In this document: one piece after another, positions 9,144-18,872 of the stretch | Numbering within the stretch: position 1 is the first letter of the stretch | Layout of the letters: every line of letters begins with the position of its first letter | DNA from: an uncultured Candidatus Actinomarina sp. | GTDB lineage: Bacteria; Actinomycetota; Acidimicrobiia; Actinomarinales; Actinomarinaceae | Length of the DNA: 63,382 bases | Direction: 5' to 3' | Assembly: GCA_902593475.1 (NCBI GenBank) | Contig: CACJIM010000006.1 | Coordinates: 1-63,382, forward strand | Notes under the pieces: model-generated | Told to the model about the DNA's origin: nothing | What the model saw: the letters and a program-made list of their open reading frames with translations, nothing else | Database searches by the model: none | Position numbers and translations under genes: made by a program

Positions 9144-10471
9144 AATGGCTCATCCTCATTGCTCTCAAGATTTAATCTTAACTTGTTAAAATTTGAATTT
9201 TCAAACCCAAATTCTCTTATAATTTTTTTATATCCTCTTACAAAAGTCATGAGTCCAGAAAATAATATAAAGCAGGAACTTAATCTAAGTACTAATAAAA
9301 CTCCATCTACCTCAAAGTAGTTATTTGCAAAGCTTGCGACAAAACCAGAAATGAAAACTGAAACCAACAGAGATAATCTCCCAATTGTATAAAAATTACC
9401 AAAAACTCTACCTCGAAGATTTTCAGAAGTTGTGCTTTGTAAATAACTAATTGTTAGTAAATAAACAGAGCCTGAACCAATTCCAGAAATAAATATAAAA
9501 AATAAAATAGTAGAAAACTCATAAGAGTTAAAGGCAAACAGTAATGAAAGGCCTGTGATAATCATGCTGATGCCTATAAAAAAAGACACTCTATTAAAAG
9601 TAGTTACAAAATAACTCAAAATTACCATTGTGAACACAATCCCAAAACCAAATGAAGCAATCATGAAACCAAATGAGCTCTGAGTAAATTTGAGAGATTG
9701 TGTAAGGTATGAACTCCCCAGAACAAACAATGCCCCAGCTCCAATAAGACTGAGAGATATAGATGTTGTTACGGTTCTGAGTTCTTTATTTTTAAAAAAA
9801 TAATTTATTCCTTCTTTTAAGTCAGAAATCGCATTGTTTTGAGTTGTGGTTCCAACGCTTTGAGAACTAGTTTTTAAGGAAAATAATAAAATAGTTGATA
9901 TTAAAAATGTTAATGAATCTACAAGAAATACAACTGAACCACTCCAACCATTACCATATGAAACTATTGATTCTATAAACTTTGCATCAGAAAAAAATCC
10001 AAATAGTAAAGATGCCAAAGGAAGAGATGCATAGGTTCCAACAACAAATAATGAATTTGCTTTAACTAAGTAATCATTTTCTACTAACTCCGGAACAATT
10101 GCCTCTCTTGAAGGTTGTCTGATTAATGAAAAGATTTCAGCAATAAAGTTAATTAGAAATAGTTGAAAAAGAGTTGTGGTAAAAAATAATCCTAAAACAA
10201 CAACCATTCTTACTAAATCACTAATAATCATTACATTTTTTTTATTAAATCTATCCGCTAATAGACCAGCAAATGAAGACATGAATGCTGGAATTATTCT
10301 TGCTACAACAGGTACTACAGCAGTTAGTTCAGAATTTCCATCAGTTGCACCCAAATAACTAGCAAGCGCTACAGATGCAAAAAGCGTTGCCCAGTCACCA
10401 AAGCTAGAAAGAGTGCCTGACCACCACAAAATAGAAAAGGGTGATCTTGAAAATATTTTTACTGATTTCAT
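9140..10471 (-). CDS. MFS transporter (DHA3-like), ATGA-coupled to tmk
   Basis: SSFGDW, GLLADRFNKK motif A, LRGRVFG; 12 TM pattern. Confidence 0.85.
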   Translation of the reverse strand: MKSVKIFSRSPFSILWWSGTLSSFGDWATLFASVALASYLGATDGNSELTAVVPVVARIIPAFMSSFAGLLADRFNKKNVMIISDLVRMVVVLGLFFTTTLFQLFLINFIAEIFSLIRQPSREAIVPELVENDYLVKANSLFVVGTYASLPLASLLFGFFSDAKFIESIVSYGNGWSGSVVFLVDSLTFLISTILLFSLKTSSQSVGTTTQNNAISDLKEGINYFFKNKELRTVTTSISLSLIGAGALFVLGSSYLTQSLKFTQSSFGFMIASFGFGIVFTMVILSYFVTTFNRVSFFIGISMIITGLSLLFAFNSYEFSTILFFIFISGIGSGSVYLLTISYLQSTTSENLRGRVFGNFYTIGRLSLLVSVFISGFVASFANNYFEVDGVLLVLRLSSCFILFSGLMTFVRGYKKIIREFGFENSNFNKLRLNLESNEDEPL

Positions 10472-10558
10472 TTCTTTTATTTAATCCTAATAATATTTAA
10501 AAATACTTTTTTTCTTAAATACTGTACATATGAACAAAATAGTGTTATCAATAAGAAC

Positions 10559-13249
10559 ATGTCAAAGCCTTTAGTAATTGTTGAGTCACCAACAAAAGTT
10601 AAAACTATATCGAAAATTTTAGGCCCCGGCTATATTGTTAAGTCAAGCGTGGGCCATATAAGAGATCTTCCTAGAAATACAAAATCTATACCTTCTAAAT
10701 TTGATAGTAAGAAAATTTTATGGGGGGCAGTTAAACCTGGGAATTTTGAGAACATATATGTCATACCTGAAGATAGAAAAAAAATAGTGAGTGAACTAAA
10801 GGAAATAGCGAATACAGCTCCAGAAGTTTACTTAGCAACTGACGATGATAGAGAGGGTGAAGCAATTGCTTACCATTTAAAAGAAGCACTTGAAATTAAA
10901 GGTGAACCCAAAAGAATTAAATTTAATGAAATAACTGAATCAGCAGTGACAAAAGCTATGAGCAATCCTGACACAATTGATGTAGGTAAGTTTAAATCTT
11001 ATGAAGCTAGGAGAACCTTAGACAGAATGATTGGTTATGAAATTTCTCCAAAAGTTAGAGATTTAGGTGGTGCTTTTATATCAACAGGTAGAGTTCAAGG
11101 ACCAGCAATAAGGCTGATTGTTGAGAGAGAAGAGGAAAGATTAAAATTTGTTAAATCTTTATATTTTGAAATAAAAGCAAATTGTGGAAGCAATGAAGTT
11201 AATTTTGATGCTAATTTAAAAAAAGTTGGTGAAAAGAGAATTGCAACATCAGCTGACTTTAACGATAAAGGTGAAAAAACAAATAAAGATAAGAAGTATC
11301 TTGATAAAAACGATGCTGTGAAAATAGTAGAGATATTAACTAATTCGATTGCAAAAATTTCAAATATAAAAGAATCTTCAAGAAGCGGAAAGCCACCGAA
11401 ACCTTTTAAAACTACCAGTTTGCAAACTTCTGCGAGAAGCAACCTAGGCTTTCAGCCTAAAAAAACAATGGGCATTGCTCAAAGACTTTATCAAGAGGGA
11501 TTAATTACTTATATGAGGACAGACTCTATAAGGCTCTCTGATAATGCAATCAAAGCTTCCCGCGATTATATTTCTGAAAATTTTTCAAGCAAACATCTTC
11601 CACCTCAACCAAATTTATATGGTGATACAAAAAATGCCCAAGCAGCACATGAGGCAATAAGACCCTCTGGAGATAAATTTATCACACCTGAAGAATTGCT
11701 ATCAACTCATAAAGAAGATAGCGATGAATACAAGTTATATAAATTAATTTTTAATACCACCGTAGCCTCACAAATGACTGACGCTCAGGGAATAACTAAA
11801 ACAATTGAAATAGAAGTTACAGATCCTGAATATTCTTCTCTGACACTTAGCATCTCTGGAACCACATGGACATTTGGTGGTTATAGAGATTTAATAAAAG
11901 ATGCTACTGAAAAGTCTCAAGAGTTACCAGACTTAAAAGAAAATGATGAGGTATCTATTGTTTCTGCAGAAAAAGAAGAAAAATTTACAAATCCACCAAA
12001 TAGATATTCATCTACTTCACTAATTAACAAATTAGAAGAGCTTGGAATAGGAAGACCTTCAACCTACGTCTCCATTATTGAAAGTATTACATCTGTTTTC
12101 ATAAATGCTGAATCTAGTTTAAAACCTAGAATTTTAGCGATGGCTTTAATTAATAATTTTATGAAACCACACTTTAATCAATATATCGATTATGAATTTT
12201 CAAAATCTATGGAAGATGATCTTGATAAAATCTTAGAAAGTAGTGATCCAGAAAAATCTAAAATTGAATTTTTAGAAAACTCATTTAATACAATTAATAA
12301 TCATGTTGAACATTATGGTGTACAAGACCCTCTTTTACTCACAACTGTAAATCTTCCATTTGAATCTAGATATGTAGTTAAAACTGGAAGAATACAGGGT
12401 AAGATTCCATACCCTTATCTATTAAGAGACGACGATTTTAAGGTTGGTCTTCCACCAGAAATTACACTTGAGGAAATAGAAAATGAATACATCAAAGAAT
12501 TAGAAAGTCATCAAGAAGAAAGTCTAAAAAAAGAGCGGATTGTTTCCAAATGTAATCTTTGTCCTGCTTCGATATTCATAAAACTAGGACCTAATGGAGG
12601 TTTTTATATTCAGCATGGTGAAAAACAAAAAGGTGTTAGACAAGAAAAATGTGAATTCAAAAATCTTATCGGTCCAATATTTGAAGGAGAAGACCCTGAT
12701 ACTTTAACTGAGGAACAATGTATCGAAAGATTTTCATTATCTGCAAAAAACCCGAGAAAAGTAGTTGAAGTTGGTGATTGGACTTATTCTTCAGCTGTGG
12801 GGCCCTATGGTGGATATGCAATGAAACAAAAAAATAGAACCGTCTTCGATAATGACGATTTGCAAGCTTTATCGAAAGACGAAATTAGAGAATTGCTAGA
12901 TGATGAAAAAAATAAAGTTATTTCAAATTATTTAGGTGGAGAAATTCTTAAAATTCCAAAAAGTGCAACTAAAAATAAAATGATTGAAATGATAAACAAT
13001 CACTATTTATTAGATGAAAAGTATATCAAGAAACTATCTAAAGAACATTTGGTTGGTTTAGCTAAGTCTCTTGATATTGTTTTTTATAGAGGAAGATTTA
13101 GAATGAAGCCAGAAGATGCTACAAAAGATAATCTTGTCAATAAAATTCTCATCGAGAAAAAAAATAAACCCCTAGAAAATCCTCGGGATGCTTTAACTAT
13201 TGAAAAAGAGGCAATAATGTCACTGTTTGGAGATAGCGTAGAAGTCTAA
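10559..13249 (+). CDS. topA: DNA topoisomerase I with extended C-terminus
   Basis: IVESPTK, GHIRDL, ATDDDREGEAI, STGRVQ, ITYMRTDS (catalytic Tyr), AHEAIRP, GIGRPSTY. Confidence 0.96.
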   Translation: MSKPLVIVESPTKVKTISKILGPGYIVKSSVGHIRDLPRNTKSIPSKFDSKKILWGAVKPGNFENIYVIPEDRKKIVSELKEIANTAPEVYLATDDDREGEAIAYHLKEALEIKGEPKRIKFNEITESAVTKAMSNPDTIDVGKFKSYEARRTLDRMIGYEISPKVRDLGGAFISTGRVQGPAIRLIVEREEERLKFVKSLYFEIKANCGSNEVNFDANLKKVGEKRIATSADFNDKGEKTNKDKKYLDKNDAVKIVEILTNSIAKISNIKESSRSGKPPKPFKTTSLQTSARSNLGFQPKKTMGIAQRLYQEGLITYMRTDSIRLSDNAIKASRDYISENFSSKHLPPQPNLYGDTKNAQAAHEAIRPSGDKFITPEELLSTHKEDSDEYKLYKLIFNTTVASQMTDAQGITKTIEIEVTDPEYSSLTLSISGTTWTFGGYRDLIKDATEKSQELPDLKENDEVSIVSAEKEEKFTNPPNRYSSTSLINKLEELGIGRPSTYVSIIESITSVFINAESSLKPRILAMALINNFMKPHFNQYIDYEFSKSMEDDLDKILESSDPEKSKIEFLENSFNTINNHVEHYGVQDPLLLTTVNLPFESRYVVKTGRIQGKIPYPYLLRDDDFKVGLPPEITLEEIENEYIKELESHQEESLKKERIVSKCNLCPASIFIKLGPNGGFYIQHGEKQKGVRQEKCEFKNLIGPIFEGEDPDTLTEEQCIERFSLSAKNPRKVVEVGDWTYSSAVGPYGGYAMKQKNRTVFDNDDLQALSKDEIRELLDDEKNKVISNYLGGEILKIPKSATKNKMIEMINNHYLLDEKYIKKLSKEHLVGLAKSLDIVFYRGRFRMKPEDATKDNLVNKILIEKKNKPLENPRDALTIEKEAIMSLFGDSVEV

Positions 13250-14286
13250 ATTTCGGAAGTAAACTTATTTATAGTTTTTTCCCAGGAAAAATTTTCTTCA
13301 ACAAAAACTTTTGACTGCTTACCAAATTGTTCTATTTCTTTAGGGTTATCATTGAAATACTTTACGCCATCATATATATCTTGTCTAGAACCGACAATGA
13401 AACCGGTTTTTCCTGGAATAATAGTTTCAAAAGCTCCACCAGAACTGCCGACTAAAATAGGCAAACCAAAACTGCCTGCCTCTAAGTAAACAAGACCCAA
13501 GCCTTCAAATTCTTTTCCAAAAAATCTAGATTTGGCTGGCATTACGAATATATCAAGTTCCTTATAAAAGTTTGATAATGAATGTTCTTCTTCATCGCTA
13601 AAAAACTCAATATTAGGTGATGAAACTTGGCTCAATTTTTTTAAATATTTCTCTAGCTTTCCATACCCAAAGATCTTTAGGTCAACATTAACTCCGTCCA
13701 TCTTTAATTCATGCAAAGCATCTATTACCCAATCAATTTTTTTTCTGGATACAAACCTGCTGGCAACTCCAACTGTAAGGTTATCTTTAGTAGAGTAATC
13801 TTTTGTGTACTCGTTTGGCTCTACTCCAGCTCCTATTAAAACTATTTCCGTTTCGGAAATATCTTCTAGTTTTCTTGCAGTAAAGAAACTAACAGTAAAT
13901 ATTTTTTCTAGCGCATTAAAGCTTCTTCTCAATATTTTTTTTAGTACAGGAATTGAATTGATTATATTAAATTCAGCGCCGTGAACAATCATATATTGTT
14001 TTTTCCCTAGTTGTTCAAGTTGATTAACTAATAAAAATTGTGGGTTGCTTGAAGCATGTAAGATAAGTTCTATATTTTTTTGATTAACAATATCGTTTAT
14101 TTCACGTACGAATCTGTTTCCAGCGAAGATAAAACTATATTTAGATTTGATTACATTATCACCTTCAGCCCAATTAGGTGCATATATAAAGGTCTCAAAA
14201 TCTAAATTTTTAGTAAAAGATTCAATATATGTAGAAATACCACCTTTTTTTGGTGAGTAATCATTTGTTATAACTAATGTTTTCAT
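13246..14286 (-). CDS. GT4 glycosyltransferase, PimB'-like
   Basis: N-terminal TNDYSPKKGGI, HGAE, EGLGLVYLEA (EX7E). Confidence 0.8.
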   Translation of the reverse strand: MKTLVITNDYSPKKGGISTYIESFTKNLDFETFIYAPNWAEGDNVIKSKYSFIFAGNRFVREINDIVNQKNIELILHASSNPQFLLVNQLEQLGKKQYMIVHGAEFNIINSIPVLKKILRRSFNALEKIFTVSFFTARKLEDISETEIVLIGAGVEPNEYTKDYSTKDNLTVGVASRFVSRKKIDWVIDALHELKMDGVNVDLKIFGYGKLEKYLKKLSQVSSPNIEFFSDEEEHSLSNFYKELDIFVMPAKSRFFGKEFEGLGLVYLEAGSFGLPILVGSSGGAFETIIPGKTGFIVGSRQDIYDGVKYFNDNPKEIEQFGKQSKVFVEENFSWEKTINKFTSEI

Positions 14287-15487
14287 ATCCTATTTTTCCT
14301 ACATTATAAGACCAAAGAAAATATTTGTTATCTTTAGGTACCAAACAAGAAACTCCAAGATTATTTGGAATTGTGAATGCTGATGCTGCTTTTGAATCCG
14401 GAGATTTAATTAAATTTGTAATTGCTGATTTAATAGTTCCTCCATGGCTTGCCATTAATAACTTTTTCTTTTCAAGATCGCTTATGAGATTTTCAACTCT
14501 TTTTCCCGCTTCATGTATTGACTCTCCATCAATGCCATATTTAGTTTTATGATTTAAAAATAATGCTTCTATAAAGTTTTCTTGATACTTGTTAAGTATC
14601 TCAGAAGTCGTTAAGCCTTCCCACTGGCCCAGATTCATCTCGGTTAACTCGTCAGAAATTTCAATGTTGTTTTCGGTGATTAAGGAAAGGGTTTGGTTTG
14701 CTCTTTTGTATGGAGAGGAAATATAAAGATCATAATTTTTAAATAAACCTTTTAAACGACTCGCCTCTTTTATTCCCGTTTCATTCAAAGGGTTGTCTAT
14801 ATGACCTTGCCAAATGCCTTCTAAATTTGAATCAGTCTGCCCATGTCTGATAAATGTTATTGCATTATCTTTAGATTTAGCTGGAAAATCTATATTCTCT
14901 TTGCTCAAATGAATTGAATCATTAAATTTATTTACTTGTGTAACTGTTTCTCTTTTCACAATTGTTGAAATTGAAGTATTTGTAATATCTCCTATTGGAA
15001 AAGGATATGTGTTAAACCCTAATGTCAAACCTATGGCAGTGCCTATAAAAAATCCGTGTGTAACAACAACAGTTTCTGAATCTTCTTCAGTCTGATTAAA
15101 AATGTATTCTAACTCGTTCCTAACTCTGTCTTTAAATTCTTTTACAGACTCACCATTAGGAAATTGAAAAGAATCATTTTGGAGGGATTGAAAAATTTCA
15201 AGATTTGAAGTGTAGGTATCTTTCACAGACATTCCTGTAAAGTCGCCGACATTAATCTCTCTAAGATTATCTCTAAGAACTGGAGAACTAGACAAAAATG
15301 AGGCTGTTTGAGACGCTCTTTTTAAATCAGAAGAGTAAACTTTCGTGACTCTGTCGCTTATCCTTTCAGATAATAATTTAGCTTGTTCTAACCCTTTTTT
15401 ATTTAAAGGTGTGTCAGTGTGTCCTTGCCAAACTTTTTGTGCATTCTGCTCAGTTTCACCATGTCTTATGAAGTGAACTGTTTTCAA
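14261..15487 (-). CDS. Tandem two-domain histidine phosphatase
   Basis: Two full domains: RHGET..SSDLKRA..LREINVG..THG and RHGQT..SSPYKRA..LTEMNLG..SHGG. Confidence 0.9.
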   Translation of the reverse strand: MKTVHFIRHGETEQNAQKVWQGHTDTPLNKKGLEQAKLLSERISDRVTKVYSSDLKRASQTASFLSSSPVLRDNLREINVGDFTGMSVKDTYTSNLEIFQSLQNDSFQFPNGESVKEFKDRVRNELEYIFNQTEEDSETVVVTHGFFIGTAIGLTLGFNTYPFPIGDITNTSISTIVKRETVTQVNKFNDSIHLSKENIDFPAKSKDNAITFIRHGQTDSNLEGIWQGHIDNPLNETGIKEASRLKGLFKNYDLYISSPYKRANQTLSLITENNIEISDELTEMNLGQWEGLTTSEILNKYQENFIEALFLNHKTKYGIDGESIHEAGKRVENLISDLEKKKLLMASHGGTIKSAITNLIKSPDSKAASAFTIPNNLGVSCLVPKDNKYFLWSYNVGKIGYENISYNK

Positions 15488-15492
15488 TTAAT

Positions 15493-17535
15493 TTAAAAAG
15501 CAGATGCAAATATAAGGCTTACAATTGTCATAACTTTGATGACAATATTCATTGCTGGGCCAGATGTATCCTTAAATGGATCACCTATTGTATCCCCAAT
15601 TACAGCAGCCTTATGTTCTTCTGAACCTTTGCCTGCTCCTCCACCAGCTTCGATATACTTCTTAGCATTGTCCCAAGCTCCGCCTGAGTTAGCCATAAAA
15701 ATAGCTAATAAGAAGCCTGTAACCAGTGCTCCAGCTAAAAATCCGCCTAATGCCTCTTTGTTCCAAAATCCAATAGCAAGTGGTAGGACAATAGCTAAAC
15801 CACCAGGTAAAAGCATTTCCTTCAAAGCTGCAGTGGTGGCAATATCAACACATTTTTCATACTCTGGCGTTACACCTTCTTTACCTTCCCTTAATCCAGG
15901 AATTTCTCTAAATTGTCTTCTTACTTCTTCAATCATTTTGAAAGCTGCTCTACCAACAGCATTAATTGTCATGGCTGCAAATAGAAATGGAAACATTCCA
16001 CCTAAAAACAGTCCAGCGGTAACTTCAACTTGAGTAATATCTAGTTCCGTAAGTCCAGCGCTTTGAACAAATGCTGAGAACAACGCAAGAGCGGTTACTG
16101 CTGCTGAACCGATTGCAAAACCTTTGGCAATTGCTGCAGTAGTGTTTCCTAGCGAATCTAATTCATCTGTTGCTTTTCTAACTTCAGGATCTAGGTGAGC
16201 CATTTCAGCAATACCGCCAGCGTTATCTGCTATTGGGCCATATGCATCAACAGCAACTGTAATTCCCAATGTTGCTAAAACGCCAATTGCTGCAACTGCT
16301 ACACCATATATTCCTCCAGCTTCTCCCAAAGCCCATGCACCAGATGTATAAGCTCCCCCAACACCTGCTACGACTACAACGACAGAAAATGCTGCAGACC
16401 TCATTCCTTCAGAAATCCCTGACAAAACTACAGTTGCTGGCCCAGTTTTAGCTTGATCAGCAATATTTTTTACAATTGAATAATGATCTGATGTAAACCA
16501 CTCAGATATTTGTCCAACAGTTATTCCAACTAATAGTCCGATAATGACAGAAATAAATAAACCTATTGGGTTTTCTGAATAATCTGAAAACATCGCATTC
16601 GATAAAAAGTAAACGCCAATTGCAGTTAGACCTGCTGCAGAATATGTTCCTCTGTGTAATGCCTGAGCAAGCTTTCCTTCCTTGGGGACTACTAAAAATG
16701 AGGAAACAATTGATGCTAGCATGCCGATTGTGCCGACAGCTAGTGGAAAGAAAAGTAATGATGGTAGCACGTCTGTGCTGCTGAAAACTATTGCAGCATA
16801 TGCTAGTGGAGCTACTAAGGATCCAACATAGCTCTCAAAAAGGTCTGCTCCCATTCCTGCAACGTCGCCAACATTGTCACCAACATTATCTGCAATTGTT
16901 GCTGGGTTTCTTGGATCATCTTCTGGAATTCCAGCCTCAACTTTACCAACTAAGTCAGCACCCACGTCAGCAGCTTTTGTGTAAATTCCACCACCAACTC
17001 TAGCAAAAAGGGCTATTGAAGAGCCGCCAAGTCCAATCGCAGCAAGAATATCATAGCCATTTTCAAGATCCATAATGTCTATGAATACCCAGTAACCTAA
17101 AGCTACTCCTAATAAACCAAGTCCCGCAACTGAAAACCCCATAACAGCACCGCCTCTAAACGCTACTGGTAATGCTTTTAAGGTGCCGCCATCTCTTGCG
17201 GCTTCTGTAGTCCTGCCGTTTGCAGCAGTTGCAATCCTCATACCAATAAAACCGGCAAGAGAAGAAAATAAAGCTCCTCCAACAAATGCTAGAGATCCCC
17301 ACGGATATCCCCATTCAGTTAATGTGGAAATTAATACTGCTAAAACTATAACAAAAATACTTACCCATGAGTATTGACGTTTTAAAAATGCCATAGATCC
17401 TTTTCTAATTGCATCGGATAAACTTTGAACTTTATTATCTGTAACTTCTATTGATAAAATTCTATTTGCAAAATATGCAGCAAGCGCAAGTCCTAAAAGT
17501 GCTGCAATAACTGAGCCCTGGTAATTTAATAACAT
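15493..17535 (-). CDS. hppA: Membrane-bound pyrophosphatase, K+-dependent, probably Na+-translocating
   Basis: DVGADLVGKVE, DNVGDNVGD, ADLFESY, GNTTAA, GDTIGDPFKDTSGP. Confidence 0.95.
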   Translation of the reverse strand: MLLNYQGSVIAALLGLALAAYFANRILSIEVTDNKVQSLSDAIRKGSMAFLKRQYSWVSIFVIVLAVLISTLTEWGYPWGSLAFVGGALFSSLAGFIGMRIATAANGRTTEAARDGGTLKALPVAFRGGAVMGFSVAGLGLLGVALGYWVFIDIMDLENGYDILAAIGLGGSSIALFARVGGGIYTKAADVGADLVGKVEAGIPEDDPRNPATIADNVGDNVGDVAGMGADLFESYVGSLVAPLAYAAIVFSSTDVLPSLLFFPLAVGTIGMLASIVSSFLVVPKEGKLAQALHRGTYSAAGLTAIGVYFLSNAMFSDYSENPIGLFISVIIGLLVGITVGQISEWFTSDHYSIVKNIADQAKTGPATVVLSGISEGMRSAAFSVVVVVAGVGGAYTSGAWALGEAGGIYGVAVAAIGVLATLGITVAVDAYGPIADNAGGIAEMAHLDPEVRKATDELDSLGNTTAAIAKGFAIGSAAVTALALFSAFVQSAGLTELDITQVEVTAGLFLGGMFPFLFAAMTINAVGRAAFKMIEEVRRQFREIPGLREGKEGVTPEYEKCVDIATTAALKEMLLPGGLAIVLPLAIGFWNKEALGGFLAGALVTGFLLAIFMANSGGAWDNAKKYIEAGGGAGKGSEEHKAAVIGDTIGDPFKDTSGPAMNIVIKVMTIVSLIFASAF

Positions 17536-17596
17536 TTATTTTCCCCTTTTTTGAACAAATTAATAATAATAAAATTTAACAATTTTGTAGTAAAAA

Positions 17597-18823
17597 TTAT
17601 TCTACAACTGGAGTTTCAAACCTTTCATCATCATCTCTTTCTGATAATGGTACCTTTTGCAGAATTCTATTCAATAATATAGGCGCAATTACTGTTGTAA
17701 CTATTACCATCCAAATAATAATTGAAATAATATCACCTGTAATTATGTCTGATAGTGTGGTTGTAGCAACAGCAACAAATATCAGCCCAACCTCTCCTCT
17801 TGGAGACATTCCAATTCCAATTAAAGAGGTATTTAATCCTTTGCCCATAGCTCCTAGAGCTGAGACATATTTACCAACTAATGCTAATAGACTGACCAGC
17901 ATTCCATATAAAAATACATCAAGTGAAGCTAAAGTTTGAATGTTTACTTCCGAACCAATATATACAAAAAATATTGGAACGAGTAAAAAGTTTAGAGGCT
18001 TCATCTCATCTCTAATTCTATGAGTCATGCCTGATTCTCCAGCAACTACACCCCCTGCAAATGCTCCTACAATAGGATGAAGTCCTACAAAGTGGGCTGC
18101 TGCACCAAGCAACATTGCAAATATAAAACTACCAGTTACAAACGTTCCAGGTGATGGAATTTTTACAAAGAAGTTAAATATTGGTTTTGAAAGTTTTCTT
18201 CCAACAATTACTACTGCAACTAAAAAACCGATTGCCTTTGCGCTGATTATACCAAGATCAACTATTGAGAAATCTCCTGAACTTCCAAGAACTCCTGCAA
18301 CAACGGTAAGAATTAATAAACCTAAAATATCATCTACAACTGCTGCTCCAATAATTGTTTTTGCTTCTCTTGATTTTAAAGCACCCAAATCTCCAAACAC
18401 TCTAGCGGTGATACCTACTGAGGTTGCGGTCATTGCCGCACCTACGAATAAAGCTATTCCGAACTGATCTTCTCCTCCTAAATTGAGTGCATAGATTGAG
18501 CCAAAGCCCAAAGCAAACGGTGCTACAACACCTATCAATGCTACAAGAAGAGAAGTTGAGCCTAATTCAATAAACTCGTCCAAATTAGTTTCTAATCCTA
18601 CTTCAAACAGCAAAAGAACTACACCAATCTCAGCTAAAGTAGACACAACATCTCCAGATTCAAAATGTGGAAGAAGGCCTAGTCCGTAATAACCAATAAT
18701 GATTCCGATGACTAACTCTCCTATTACTGCAGGTTGGTTAATTCTTCTCATTAATTCTGCACCGAACTTAGCGGCTATTAATATAATTGCTATTTCTAAA
18801 AACTTTTCAATAATTGTTTCCAT
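17597..18823 (-). CDS. Cation:proton antiporter (CPA2/NapA-like)
   Basis: LLFEVGLE, TSVGIT, AAVVDD, GMSPRGEV. Confidence 0.9.
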   Translation of the reverse strand: METIIEKFLEIAIILIAAKFGAELMRRINQPAVIGELVIGIIIGYYGLGLLPHFESGDVVSTLAEIGVVLLLFEVGLETNLDEFIELGSTSLLVALIGVVAPFALGFGSIYALNLGGEDQFGIALFVGAAMTATSVGITARVFGDLGALKSREAKTIIGAAVVDDILGLLILTVVAGVLGSSGDFSIVDLGIISAKAIGFLVAVVIVGRKLSKPIFNFFVKIPSPGTFVTGSFIFAMLLGAAAHFVGLHPIVGAFAGGVVAGESGMTHRIRDEMKPLNFLLVPIFFVYIGSEVNIQTLASLDVFLYGMLVSLLALVGKYVSALGAMGKGLNTSLIGIGMSPRGEVGLIFVAVATTTLSDIITGDIISIIIWMVIVTTVIAPILLNRILQKVPLSERDDDERFETPVVE

Positions 18824-18872
18824 GATGCTTTATTCTAAATGAGCATAGATTAAATGATAAGAAAATCGAAAT

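Noticed and set aside
17536-17596. Possible Na+-sensing riboswitch upstream of hppA
   Set aside because: Only 61 nt, almost entirely A/T, with no stable stem or recognisable consensus.
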